In this document: in pieces, positions 40,980 through 50,032 of the stretch
How the letters are laid out: every line of letters starts with the position of its first letter
Numbering within the stretch: position 1 is the first letter of the stretch
NCBI GenBank assembly: GCA_963667785.2
Contig: CAXXMU010000006.1
Coordinates: 736,001 to 800,000 of the forward strand
DNA: 64,000 bases
Direction: 5' to 3'
Source: Alphaproteobacteria bacterium
GTDB lineage: Bacteria; Pseudomonadota; Alphaproteobacteria; UBA828
The notes under the pieces: generated by a model
What the model was told of the DNA's origin: nothing
Database searches by the model: none
Seen by the model: the letters and a program-made list of their open reading frames with translations, nothing else
Position numbers and translations under genes: made by a program

Positions 40980-42263
40980 ATGGACGCGAAGACCATAGTG
41001 TTCTTTCCGGAGGCGGCCTTCGGGCCCTCCATGAATTGCGTCGGCATCGCTCAGAGGCTGCGCGAACGCGGCCACAATGCGGTCTTCGTCGTAGACGCCT
41101 CGTTCAAGGGTGTTTTCGATCGCTTCGGATTTCCCGAGCGCCTGGTCGCCATGTCGGAGCCGATGGACGAGGCCGCCGCCAGCCAGTACTGGCTCGACTT
41201 CATCGCGTCCCACCTGCCCAACTTCCGGCTGTCGCCGATAGAGCAGATTCCCAACTACGTCCTCGAATGCTGGAGCGCCATCGTCGACACGGCGGTCTAC
41301 GTGGAGGACGAACTGGCGCTCGCGCTGGGCGAGATCGAGCCCGACCTCGTCTGCCTCGACAACGTGATCCTCTTTCCCGCGATCAAGCGGGCGGGCCGCC
41401 CGTGGGTTCGCATCGTCTCCTGCTCCGAGAATGAGATTGTCGATCCGGACATCCCGCCCCATCTCTCAGGCTGCGGCGAGAACGACAAGGCATGCTTCGA
41501 GGCGTTCCGGACGCGGTTCTCGGAGGCCATCAAGCCGGTGCACGACCGCTTCAACGCCTTTCTCGAATCGTGCGGCGAGGCGCCCTATCCGCTCGGCCAG
41601 TTTCTCGAGACCTCGCCGACCATGAACTTCCTGCTGTACCCCAGGCAGCTCCAGTTCAAGCGCCGCACTCCCCTCGATCCCGCCCGGTTTCAGTATCTCG
41701 AGGGCTGCGTGCGCGAGGACGAGCCCTTCACGCTGCCGACGTTCTCGAAGAACGCCGACAAGCCGCTCATCTACATCGGCTCCGGCAGCCTGAACGAAGC
41801 CGATGTCGCGCTGAACAAGCGCCTGATCGAGGTGATCGGCACGCTGCCCTATCGGGCGCTCCTCAGCGTCGGCGAGCGAGTGGCCGCGTACGCGGATCTG
41901 CCGGGCAACGTGCAGGTCGCGCCCTGGTTCCCCCAGCCGTCGGTGATTCCGCAGGTCGATCTCGTCATTCACCACGGCGGCAACAACTCCTTCAACGAAG
42001 GCCTCTATTTCGGCAAACCCGCGATCATCATGCCCTTCGTCTGGGACGGCCATGACAACGCCCAGCGGATCGAGGACACCGGCTACGGAGCGCAACTGCA
42101 TCGCTACGACTGGAGCGACGAGGCGTTCGCCGGCACCGTCGCGCGGCTGTTGAGCGACGAGGCCATGCAGCGGCGCCTGGCGACGCTTAGCGCCCATATG
42201 CAACGGCAGGATGGCCGCGCGAAGGCGGCCGACATCCTGATCGACCTCGCGACTCGCGCTTAG
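40980..42263 (+). CDS. GT1/MGT-fold glycosyltransferase-like protein
   Basis: C-terminal nucleotide-sugar box WFPQ..HHGGNNSFNE..GKP..MPFVWD. Confidence 0.85.
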   Translation: MDAKTIVFFPEAAFGPSMNCVGIAQRLRERGHNAVFVVDASFKGVFDRFGFPERLVAMSEPMDEAAASQYWLDFIASHLPNFRLSPIEQIPNYVLECWSAIVDTAVYVEDELALALGEIEPDLVCLDNVILFPAIKRAGRPWVRIVSCSENEIVDPDIPPHLSGCGENDKACFEAFRTRFSEAIKPVHDRFNAFLESCGEAPYPLGQFLETSPTMNFLLYPRQLQFKRRTPLDPARFQYLEGCVREDEPFTLPTFSKNADKPLIYIGSGSLNEADVALNKRLIEVIGTLPYRALLSVGERVAAYADLPGNVQVAPWFPQPSVIPQVDLVIHHGGNNSFNEGLYFGKPAIIMPFVWDGHDNAQRIEDTGYGAQLHRYDWSDEAFAGTVARLLSDEAMQRRLATLSAHMQRQDGRAKAADILIDLATRA

Positions 42264-42290
42264 CCGCCCCGCCCCGTCGAGGAGCGGGCG

Positions 42291-42441
42291 CTAGAGCGTG
42301 TCCGTTTCATACGGAAACGCTCTAGCCTCTTTGTCGCTCACGGCAGCCGGCCTGCGGCCGGCGCCTGCGCGGGCGCGCCGCATGAGCGGCGGGCCGCGGT
42401 CGCGGCCTGTCGCGTATCCGTCAAAGACGGATACGCGCTAG
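42291..42441 (-). repeat. Family B palindromic repeat, full copy
   Basis: Terminal hairpins CTAGAGCGTGTCCGTTTCATACGGAAACGCTCTAG and CGCGTATCCGTCAAAGACGGATACGCG; begins on the cupin TAG stop; homologous to 5710-5882. Confidence 0.85.
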
Positions 42442-42791
42442 CGCACCATGTAGACCTTGCGCACGGTCTCGACGACCTCGCACGCGCCCTTCCAGCCGGC
42501 GGGGAAGGCGCAGGTCATGCCGGCGGCGATCTCCGTCACCGTGCCGTCGTCTTCCGTGTAGACCGCGCGCCCGGCGAGCACGTGGAAGAACTCGTCGCTC
42601 TCGACCTCGCAGCGCCACCGCCCGGGCGTGCATTGCCAGAGCCCCATCTCCGACGACCGGTCCTCGTTCCGGAACAGGAGCAGGCCGCTCGTTCGCGAGA
42701 CCGGCTCGCCGATCGGCGCGGCGACCTCTCCCCAGTCGGTGAAGGTCGCGGGATCGAGCGTCGCGGCGTTTTCCAGAGCGAGTGCGGGCAT
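42438..42791 (-). CDS. Cupin (DUF861/EutQ-like)
   Basis: GLWQCTPGRW, DEFFHVLAG, TVRKVY. Confidence 0.85.
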   Translation of the reverse strand: MPALALENAATLDPATFTDWGEVAAPIGEPVSRTSGLLLFRNEDRSSEMGLWQCTPGRWRCEVESDEFFHVLAGRAVYTEDDGTVTEIAAGMTCAFPAGWKGACEVVETVRKVYMVR

Positions 42792-42793
42792 CG

Positions 42794-44083
42794 CTAGAGG
42801 CGCTCCAGCAGTTCGTTGATGGCGTTGGCGGCGCGCATGCGGCCGTTTTGCGCCTGCATGTGCTTGCTCGTCGCCGCGACGTTGGCGCGCATCTCCCGGT
42901 CGGTCAGGGTCCTCTCGATGTTCGTGAGAAGCTCCGCGTCGGTCCAGTCGTAGCGGTGCATCCCGATGCCGTGCTTCGTGTCGTTGACCCGCCGGGCATT
43001 GTCGTGACCGTCCCAGACGAAGGGCATCACGATGGGCGGAATGCCGAAATAGAGGCTCTCGTTGAAGCTGTTGTTTCCGCCGTGCTGGATGAAGACGTCG
43101 ACATGGGGCAGCACCGCCGTCTGCCGGTACCAGGACGCGATCTGCACGTTGTCCGGCGGCGTCTCGTACTGCGCCAGATAGTCCCCGACATTGACCAGCA
43201 CCCGATAGGGCGCGTCGGCGAGCACGCCGACGATGCGCTTGATGAGATCGACATCGGCGACGCCGAGGCTGCCGTAGCTGAAATAGATCAGGGGCTTGTC
43301 GTCGTTCGCCTTGAAGGTCGGCACCTCGTACGCCTCGCTCTCCTTGCGCACGCAGCCGTCGAGATAGACGAACTTATGGGGATCGAGAGGGTTCCGCCGC
43401 TCGAAGCGCAGCGGCTCGGGATAGAGCAGCAGGTTGAGATAGGGCGAGGGCAGCACGAACTCCGGGAACGGCAGACGGTCGCATCCCTGGGCTTCGAGAA
43501 AGTCGTTGAACCCGTCGTGGACGGGCTTCAGCTCCTTCTCGAACTCCGCCCGGTAGGCCGCGAAACACGCCGTGTCGTCCTCGCCGCAACCCGACAGATG
43601 GGGCGGGATGTCGGGATCGATGATCTCGTTCTCCGAGCAGGAGATCATGCGTGCCCAGGGGCAGCCCGCCTGCTGCGTGGCGGGGTAGAGCGCGACATTG
43701 TCGTTGACGATCAGGTCGGGCTCGATCTCGGCGAAAACCCTGTCGAGCCCGTTCTTCACCGACCATTCGGAGGTGTAGATGATCGCCTCCCAGCAGCCCT
43801 TCACGTAGGTGGCGATCTGGTCGTAGGCCGAGGTCCTGAAGGTCGGCATGTACCGGATCATGAAGTCGTCCCAGTAGGTCGCCTGCTCCTCGGGACTCAT
43901 CGGCTCCATGCAGGACACGTAGCGCTCCTCGAAGCCATAGCTCTCGACGCTGCCCTTGAGACCGGGCTCGAGCACGAAGACAGGCTCGTGACCCATGTCG
44001 CGCAGGCCCTGGCAGATGCCGACCAGGTTCATCACCGGGCCGATCGCGCCGGGCTCGGGGAACACCGCGATCTTCTTTCCCAT
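42794..44083 (-). CDS. GT1/MGT-fold glycosyltransferase-like protein (paralog of 40980)
   Basis: MGKKIAVFPEPGAIGPVMN, SCSENEI.DPDIPPHLSGC, HGGNNSFNE, MPFVWDGHDNA. Confidence 0.85.
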   Translation of the reverse strand: MGKKIAVFPEPGAIGPVMNLVGICQGLRDMGHEPVFVLEPGLKGSVESYGFEERYVSCMEPMSPEEQATYWDDFMIRYMPTFRTSAYDQIATYVKGCWEAIIYTSEWSVKNGLDRVFAEIEPDLIVNDNVALYPATQQAGCPWARMISCSENEIIDPDIPPHLSGCGEDDTACFAAYRAEFEKELKPVHDGFNDFLEAQGCDRLPFPEFVLPSPYLNLLLYPEPLRFERRNPLDPHKFVYLDGCVRKESEAYEVPTFKANDDKPLIYFSYGSLGVADVDLIKRIVGVLADAPYRVLVNVGDYLAQYETPPDNVQIASWYRQTAVLPHVDVFIQHGGNNSFNESLYFGIPPIVMPFVWDGHDNARRVNDTKHGIGMHRYDWTDAELLTNIERTLTDREMRANVAATSKHMQAQNGRMRAANAINELLERL

Positions 44084-44346
44084 CTTGTCGTCTCTCTGTT
44101 GCCGGTGGCCGCGTCGGGCCCCTCGACATGGTGGGCGCGCGCCGGCCGTGCGGACGCGGTTACGACCCTCATCTGCGTGTGGCCGACGACGAGACCGGCG
44201 GTCGGATGATTGTGTTCGAGACCGCACGTTACTATACAGGGTGAGCGTTGACGAACACGTGGCTGACCGGCGTAGAGACCACCCGACATCAAGATCCAGC
44301 GAGGCTCCTCGGTGCACGACACGCGCTCCACGCTAGGCCAATTCCG

Positions 44347-45120
44347 ATGAGCGATCAGGCGTTTTTCAGGGTCGAGAACCTGCAAAAGAGGTTCGGCGGC
44401 CTGGCCGCCATCGACGGGCTCAGCTTCGAGCTGAAGGAAGGAGCCATCCACGGCCTCATCGGCCCGAACGGGGCGGGAAAGACCACCGTCTTCAACGTGA
44501 TCACCGGCTTCTACAAGCCGACCGCGGGGAAGGTCTTCTATCGGGGCGAATCCATCGGCGGCCTGCAGCCGCATCAGGTGGCCGCCAAGGGACTGGTCCG
44601 CACCTTCCAGGAGACGACGCTCTTCCGGGAGTTCACCACCTTCGAGAACGCCCTGATGGGGTGCTATCTCCACACCCGGAGCAACATGGTCTCGGCGCTG
44701 TTCGGCACCCAGCGCGCGAGCGAGCGGGCCAGCGATGCGAAGACCCTCGAGGTGCTGGAATTTCTTGGCCTGGCCGAACGCAAGGACGAGCTCGCCTCCA
44801 ACCTGCCGCATGGCCTGCAGCGTGCGCTCGGCATCGCCGTGGCTCTGACGACGGAGCCCAAGCTGCTGCTGCTGGACGAGCCCTTCGCCGGAATGAACCC
44901 GGAAGAGACACGCAACATGATGGCGCTGATCCAGAAGGTGCGCGAGAGCGGCATCACCATCCTGCTGGTCGAGCACGACATGCAGGCGGTGATGGGCCTC
45001 TGCGAACGAATCACCGTGGTCAACTTCGGTCAGCTGCTGATGGAAGGCGCGCCGGACGAGATCAAGGACAACAAGGACGTCATCGAAGCCTATCTGGGAA
45101 CCGGCCTCAATGCTGCTTGA
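44347..45120 (+). CDS. Branched-chain-type ABC transporter ATP-binding protein (LivG-like)
   Basis: GLIGPNGAGKTT, RTFQ, LLLDEPFAGMN, VEHDM. Confidence 0.9.
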   Translation: MSDQAFFRVENLQKRFGGLAAIDGLSFELKEGAIHGLIGPNGAGKTTVFNVITGFYKPTAGKVFYRGESIGGLQPHQVAAKGLVRTFQETTLFREFTTFENALMGCYLHTRSNMVSALFGTQRASERASDAKTLEVLEFLGLAERKDELASNLPHGLQRALGIAVALTTEPKLLLLDEPFAGMNPEETRNMMALIQKVRESGITILLVEHDMQAVMGLCERITVVNFGQLLMEGAPDEIKDNKDVIEAYLGTGLNAA

Positions 45121-45816
45121 GGTGAAGGACGTCACCGTCCACTACGGGAGCGTCCAGGCGGTCTCGGACATCTCGATCGCGATCGACGAGGCCAGATCAT
45201 CACCCTTATCGGCGCCAACGGCGCCGGCAAGAGCACCACCCTCCGCACGATATCCGGGCTGAAACGCGCGACGACGGGCAGCGTCTGGTTCGACGGCCAG
45301 CGCATCGACCGCCTCGCGCCGGAAAAGATCGTCCGCATGGGCATCGCCCACGTGCCGGAGGGGCGGCAGGTATTCCCCGACCTGAGCGTCAATCAGAACC
45401 TTCACACCGGCGCCTATTTGCGCAAGGACAGACAAGGCATTGCGCGCGACCTCGAAGACGTCCACGAGCGCTTTCCGGTGCTCAAGGAGCGGCGCAATCA
45501 GCGAGCCAAGACGCTCAGCGGCGGCGAGCAGCAGATGGTCGCGATCGGCCGCGCGCTCATGTCCGGCCCGCGTCTGATCCTGATGGACGAGCCGTCGCTC
45601 GGGCTCTCGCCGGTGATGGTGCAGGAGGTCGCGCGAATCATCCGCGACATCAACGCGCGGGGCGTTCCGGTGATCCTGGTCGAGCAGAATGCCGAGCTGG
45701 CGCTCACTCTCGCGAGCTACGGCTACGTGCTGGAAACCGGCCGCATCGCGCTCGAAGGTGAAGCGAACGATCTGCACGAGAACGATCACGTTCGCCATGC
45801 CTATCTCGGGGCCTGA
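45110..45816 (+). pseudogene. LivF-like ABC ATPase with a one-base frameshift near 45190
   Basis: MLLEVKDVTVHYGSVQAV...IDE, then QIITLIGANGAGKST continues in another frame (GAG-GC-CAG where GAG-GGC-CAG is expected); span 707 nt = 3n-1. May be a sequencing error. Confidence 0.8.
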
Positions 45817-45850
45817 GCGTCCGCGCCGACTCTAGACAGGCCTCGACGCC

Positions 45851-46579
45851 ATGCGGCCCTGTTTGCTCGTCGATTTCCTGTGGGAGCAATTCGCCGAGGC
45901 GGCCGCCGATCGCTCGGGGACCGACGGCGAGGTCGCGGCACTGTGGCGAACCGGCGCCACGCTCACCCAGGCGTTCGACGAGCCGGACCCGCGCCGCGCG
46001 GCGAGCCTTCATTGCCTGGCCGCGATCGCCCGAGAGACGGGCGACATGGCGGACGCCGAGGCGCGCTATCGCGACGCCATCGCCGCCTGGGAGCGGGTGC
46101 CCGAATGGATCGCGCAGATGGCCGTCGAGTTCACCGCCCGCAGCGCCTCGATGCACATCCGCCTGGAGATGAAGCGGACGGAGGAGCTGCGCAGGCTCAA
46201 GCGCAGCATCAACGCCACCCTCGCCGAAGGCGGCCTCGCGGCCACGCTGGGCAACCTCGCCGAGCTCCTGCACACGACGGAACGAGGCGACGAGGCGGAA
46301 CCACTTTACCGCCGTGCGCGCGACATGCGGGAGAAGTCCCTCAGCCACCGTGAGGCCGGGGTGGCGATCATCTGCGACAATCTGGCGGACCTTCTGGAAG
46401 ACGCCGGGCGGCAGGGCGAGGCGAAGGAGCCGCGGGCCCGGGCACGCGAGATCGACGCCGAGCCGTTCCACGCCGGAATCGACTACTTCCGCAAGCAGCC
46501 CTGGAAGAAAATGACCGATACCCGAAAGCTGACGGCGGCGGTCTACCTCGCGCCGCCCTGCCGCCGGGTCGCAACTTAG
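45851..46579 (+). CDS. Tetratricopeptide-repeat protein
   Basis: TLGNLAELL...EAEPLYRRA, DNLADLL TPR helices. Confidence 0.7.
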   Translation: MRPCLLVDFLWEQFAEAAADRSGTDGEVAALWRTGATLTQAFDEPDPRRAASLHCLAAIARETGDMADAEARYRDAIAAWERVPEWIAQMAVEFTARSASMHIRLEMKRTEELRRLKRSINATLAEGGLAATLGNLAELLHTTERGDEAEPLYRRARDMREKSLSHREAGVAIICDNLADLLEDAGRQGEAKEPRARAREIDAEPFHAGIDYFRKQPWKKMTDTRKLTAAVYLAPPCRRVAT

Positions 46580-46585
46580 AGGCCC

Positions 46586-47578
46586 CTACTCCCGCTTGAC
46601 GAGACCGCCGCCTCCGCGATTCCACAGCCAGGTTGCCCACTGCATGATCTTCTTGGGCAGGCTCACGAGGCCCTCGGGCAGGAACAGCACGGTCGCGATC
46701 AGCACCAGGCCGTAGAAGCCGGGCCGCAGCTCGTCCAGGCCGCGCAGGGATTCGTCGATGATCGACAGCACCGCGACGCCGATGATCGGCCCCGCGAAGT
46801 GGCCCATGCCGCCCACGAGCACCCAGACCAGGACGAAGAGCATCTGCTTCAGGCCGAACAGGCCCGGGTTAATCGCGGTGACGTAGTGCGCGACCATGGC
46901 GCCGGCGATGCCCGCGAAGAATCCGCCGGTGACGAAGGCGACGGTGCGGAAGCGGCGCACGTCGACGCCCACCGATTGCGCCAGCGTGTCCTTGTGGTGC
47001 ACCGCGTGGAAGACGAAGCCGTAGCGGGAATGCTCGATCCGGTACATGACGAAGAGGCAGATCAGCCCCACGATCATCGCGAAGAAGTAGTAGGGCACCG
47101 GAGCGCCGAGATCGATGTAGAGGAACTCACCCAGATCGATTTCCAGCACCGGGATGCGCCGCAGGCCGCGAAAGCCGCCGAACGGATCGATGAACTGAAC
47201 CCAGCAGAGCCGGATCGCCTCGGCGGCGGCGAAGGAGCCGATGAGGAAGTAGAACCCCTTCATGCGGAACAGCGGGAAGCTCAGGATGTAGGCGATGGCG
47301 GCCGCCGCCAGGCCGCCGAGCGGCATGGATATCCACGGCGAGATGGGAAGCGCCGCGAGCAGCGCGCTCGCATAGGCGCCCACGCCCATGATCACGGCAT
47401 GAGCCAGCGAGAACTCGCCGGTGATGGCGATGAATCGATAGCTCACCACCAGGATGATGTTGATGAACATGAATATGAGGAAATCGAGCTGATAGGGCCG
47501 CAGGACGAGCGGCAGGACGCAGACGACCGCCAGGACGACGGCGATCCCCGCGATATTGCGGTGCGTCCGGCTAAACAC
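46586..47578 (-). CDS. Branched-chain-type ABC permease (LivM-like)
   Basis: GEFSLAHA..GVGAY, LVGGMG..GPIIG, FLPEGL. Confidence 0.88.
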   Translation of the reverse strand: MFSRTHRNIAGIAVVLAVVCVLPLVLRPYQLDFLIFMFINIILVVSYRFIAITGEFSLAHAVIMGVGAYASALLAALPISPWISMPLGGLAAAAIAYILSFPLFRMKGFYFLIGSFAAAEAIRLCWVQFIDPFGGFRGLRRIPVLEIDLGEFLYIDLGAPVPYYFFAMIVGLICLFVMYRIEHSRYGFVFHAVHHKDTLAQSVGVDVRRFRTVAFVTGGFFAGIAGAMVAHYVTAINPGLFGLKQMLFVLVWVLVGGMGHFAGPIIGVAVLSIIDESLRGLDELRPGFYGLVLIATVLFLPEGLVSLPKKIMQWATWLWNRGGGGLVKRE

Positions 47579-48455
47579 TCTCGCGCGCTCCCATGATCCC
47601 GGTCGGCTTGACGATCAGCACCAGCAGCATCAACGCCAGACCCAGGATGGTCGCGATCTCGCCGCCGATGTAGGTGGTGACGAAGGTGTGGAAGAAGCTG
47701 TAGACGACGGCGGCGATCAGGGCGCCTTCGATGCTGCCCATGCCGCCGACGATCATGACGATGAAGGCGGTGACGAGCACCGGATGGCCCATCTGCGGCG
47801 TGATGCGCACGAGCGGCGACATGACCGCGCCGCCCATGCCGGCCATCGCGGCGCTGATCACCATCGCCAGCATGGAAATCTTGCCGATGCCGATGCCCTG
47901 CAGCGCCGCCGCTTCCGGATTCTGGGCGCAGGCGCGCATGGCCCAGCCGATCCTGGTGCGGCTCATGAAGAGCCAGAAGGCAACCAGCATGAATGCCGCG
48001 ATCGCGAAGACGAACAGCCGCGAGTGGGAGATCGTGACGCTCTCGATCCCGAAGGCGTGCCACGATTCCCTGAAATAGGGCGTCATGTTCTTCATGAGCC
48101 CCTGGCCGAACAGATAGACGACGAGAACCTCGAGGACGAACATCATGCCGACGGAGACGATGAGGCCGCCGAACAGGTTGCCGCGCATCGGGCGAAACAG
48201 CGCGCGCTCCATCAGGAGGCCGATCGCCACCGTCAGGAGCGTCGCGATCACGATCGAGGCGAAGAAGGGGATGCCGAGTTCGGCGTAGAGGTACCAGGTC
48301 GCGTAGGCGCCCACCATGTAGAGGGCGCCGTGGGCGAAGTTGACGATCTGCATGATGCCGAAGATCAGCACCAGGCCGACCGCGAAGATCGCGGTGAAGC
48401 TGCTGGCGATCAGCGAGTTCATGATGGTCTGAAGAATGAGTTCCAGATCCGTCAT
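47571..48455 (-). CDS. Branched-chain-type ABC permease (LivH-like)
   Basis: VNFAHGALYMVGAY, AMRACAQNPEAA.LQGI, GGMGSIEG, KPTGIMG. Confidence 0.9.
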   Translation of the reverse strand: MTDLELILQTIMNSLIASSFTAIFAVGLVLIFGIMQIVNFAHGALYMVGAYATWYLYAELGIPFFASIVIATLLTVAIGLLMERALFRPMRGNLFGGLIVSVGMMFVLEVLVVYLFGQGLMKNMTPYFRESWHAFGIESVTISHSRLFVFAIAAFMLVAFWLFMSRTRIGWAMRACAQNPEAAALQGIGIGKISMLAMVISAAMAGMGGAVMSPLVRITPQMGHPVLVTAFIVMIVGGMGSIEGALIAAVVYSFFHTFVTTYIGGEIATILGLALMLLVLIVKPTGIMGARESV

Positions 48456-48546
48456 GTCTCGCTAGGGCCCGTTCCGGCCGATCGTCAGTGCAAGTGAGAG
48501 GAAGGGATGTGCCCCGCCGGAGCGGGGCACACCGCCTGAGGTTCGC

Positions 48547-49827
48547 CTAGCCGGCGAGCGGAACGCCAAGCTCGATGAAGTGCTTCTTCAGAACGTCCAG
48601 ATGCTGGTCGCACCAGGCCCTGACATCGCCCATCTCGACGATGACGGCCTTGCCGTTCTGCATCTGCACGACGGGCCACTTGCCGAGCGCCGCGCTGTTC
48701 ACGCCGAAGAAGTCCTCGCCCCACCATTCGGCGTCGCCGAACGCGTGCGGCACCGGGCTCAGCGCGCGGAGCGCGTCCGCGACCGCCGGCGGATCGAAGG
48801 TGCCGGCATTGGCCGCGGCTGCGCGCCACATCTCGAGCGCTGCGGCATATTCCCACGAGACCGCCGTCCAGGCGCCGGGATAGCGCTCGGCGTAGGTCTT
48901 GTAGAACGCGGCCGCGTTGTCGAAGTGGGTGCCGCCGCCCTGCATGATCGGGTCGTCGAGATCCGGGAACTGCCAGAGGAATCCCTCCAGGAACTCCTTG
49001 CTGGTCTTGCTCAGGATGTGCTCGTACTGGTCGAGCGTGCAGTTCACGAACTGACCCTTGTAGCCCTGCAGGTAGGCCTGCTCGGTCAGGAGGTTGACGT
49101 AATCGGGATAGGCCGTGTCCCAGGTGATCACGTCGGGATTGGCGGCGATCAGTTTCGACACCACCGGCGCGAAGTCCGTCACCTCGAAGCCGAACAGGTT
49201 CTCTTCGACGATCTCGATGCCGGCGACCTCGAACGCGGCCCGGTAGGTCGCGAGCGAGCTCAGGCCCAGCTCGTCGTTCTGCGTCGCGATGGCCGCAGTC
49301 TTGATGTGCGGCATGTTGCGCGCGATGTAGTCCACGGCGGTCACGTTGTAGAAGGGATGGACCTCGACGGGCGCGAAGAGATAGGGCGCGTCCTCGCTGA
49401 TGTCGGTCGGCACCAGCGTCGTGGTCAGCATCTTGTTGCGGGTCATGAAGTCCTTCACCGCCTGCACCGGCGTGATGCCGAGCATCAGGACGATCGAGAC
49501 CTCGTCCTCGAAGAGCAGCTTCTTGGCGCCGACCGTCGCCTTGACGGCGTCGAACTCGTCGTCATAGGAGATGATCTCGACCATGTACTTCTCGCCGCCC
49601 ATGTCGAGGCCGCCGGCGGCGTTGATCTGCTCCGCCCAGATCTCGACCCCGTAGAGTCCGGGAAGACCCCAGCCCGCGGCATCGCCGGTGAGCGCCGCAA
49701 GGAAGCCGATCTTGACGGTCTTCTCTCCGGCGAAGACCCTGGACGGCGTCGCGCCGAAGGCGGTCAGCCCTGCGGCAACGCCCCCCGTTGCCGCCATAAA
49801 CTTACGCCGTGTGATGTTCGCTTTCAT
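48547..49827 (-). CDS. Tat-exported ABC substrate-binding protein (Liv/PBP type I)
   Basis: Twin-arginine TRRKFM, KIGFLAALTG, INAAGGL, TDFAPVV. Confidence 0.88.
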   Translation of the reverse strand: MKANITRRKFMAATGGVAAGLTAFGATPSRVFAGEKTVKIGFLAALTGDAAGWGLPGLYGVEIWAEQINAAGGLDMGGEKYMVEIISYDDEFDAVKATVGAKKLLFEDEVSIVLMLGITPVQAVKDFMTRNKMLTTTLVPTDISEDAPYLFAPVEVHPFYNVTAVDYIARNMPHIKTAAIATQNDELGLSSLATYRAAFEVAGIEIVEENLFGFEVTDFAPVVSKLIAANPDVITWDTAYPDYVNLLTEQAYLQGYKGQFVNCTLDQYEHILSKTSKEFLEGFLWQFPDLDDPIMQGGGTHFDNAAAFYKTYAERYPGAWTAVSWEYAAALEMWRAAAANAGTFDPPAVADALRALSPVPHAFGDAEWWGEDFFGVNSAALGKWPVVQMQNGKAVIVEMGDVRAWCDQHLDVLKKHFIELGVPLAG

Positions 49828-50032
49828 GGAGCTAGGCCTCCTGTGATTGCTGGTGTTTGCCACGGTGCACAGCGATGCGGGCCGCTCGCGCGGCCGCAGA
49901 GTACCCCGCACGTCGCGCTCGGGGTCGTAGCCGGCCGGGCGGCGCCCGGCCCCTGACCTTCATGGCCGCCGAGGTGCGTGGCGTTCGAGGGCATGTGCGC
50001 GGATCGACCCTGTCTCGAAACACCGACCCCGG

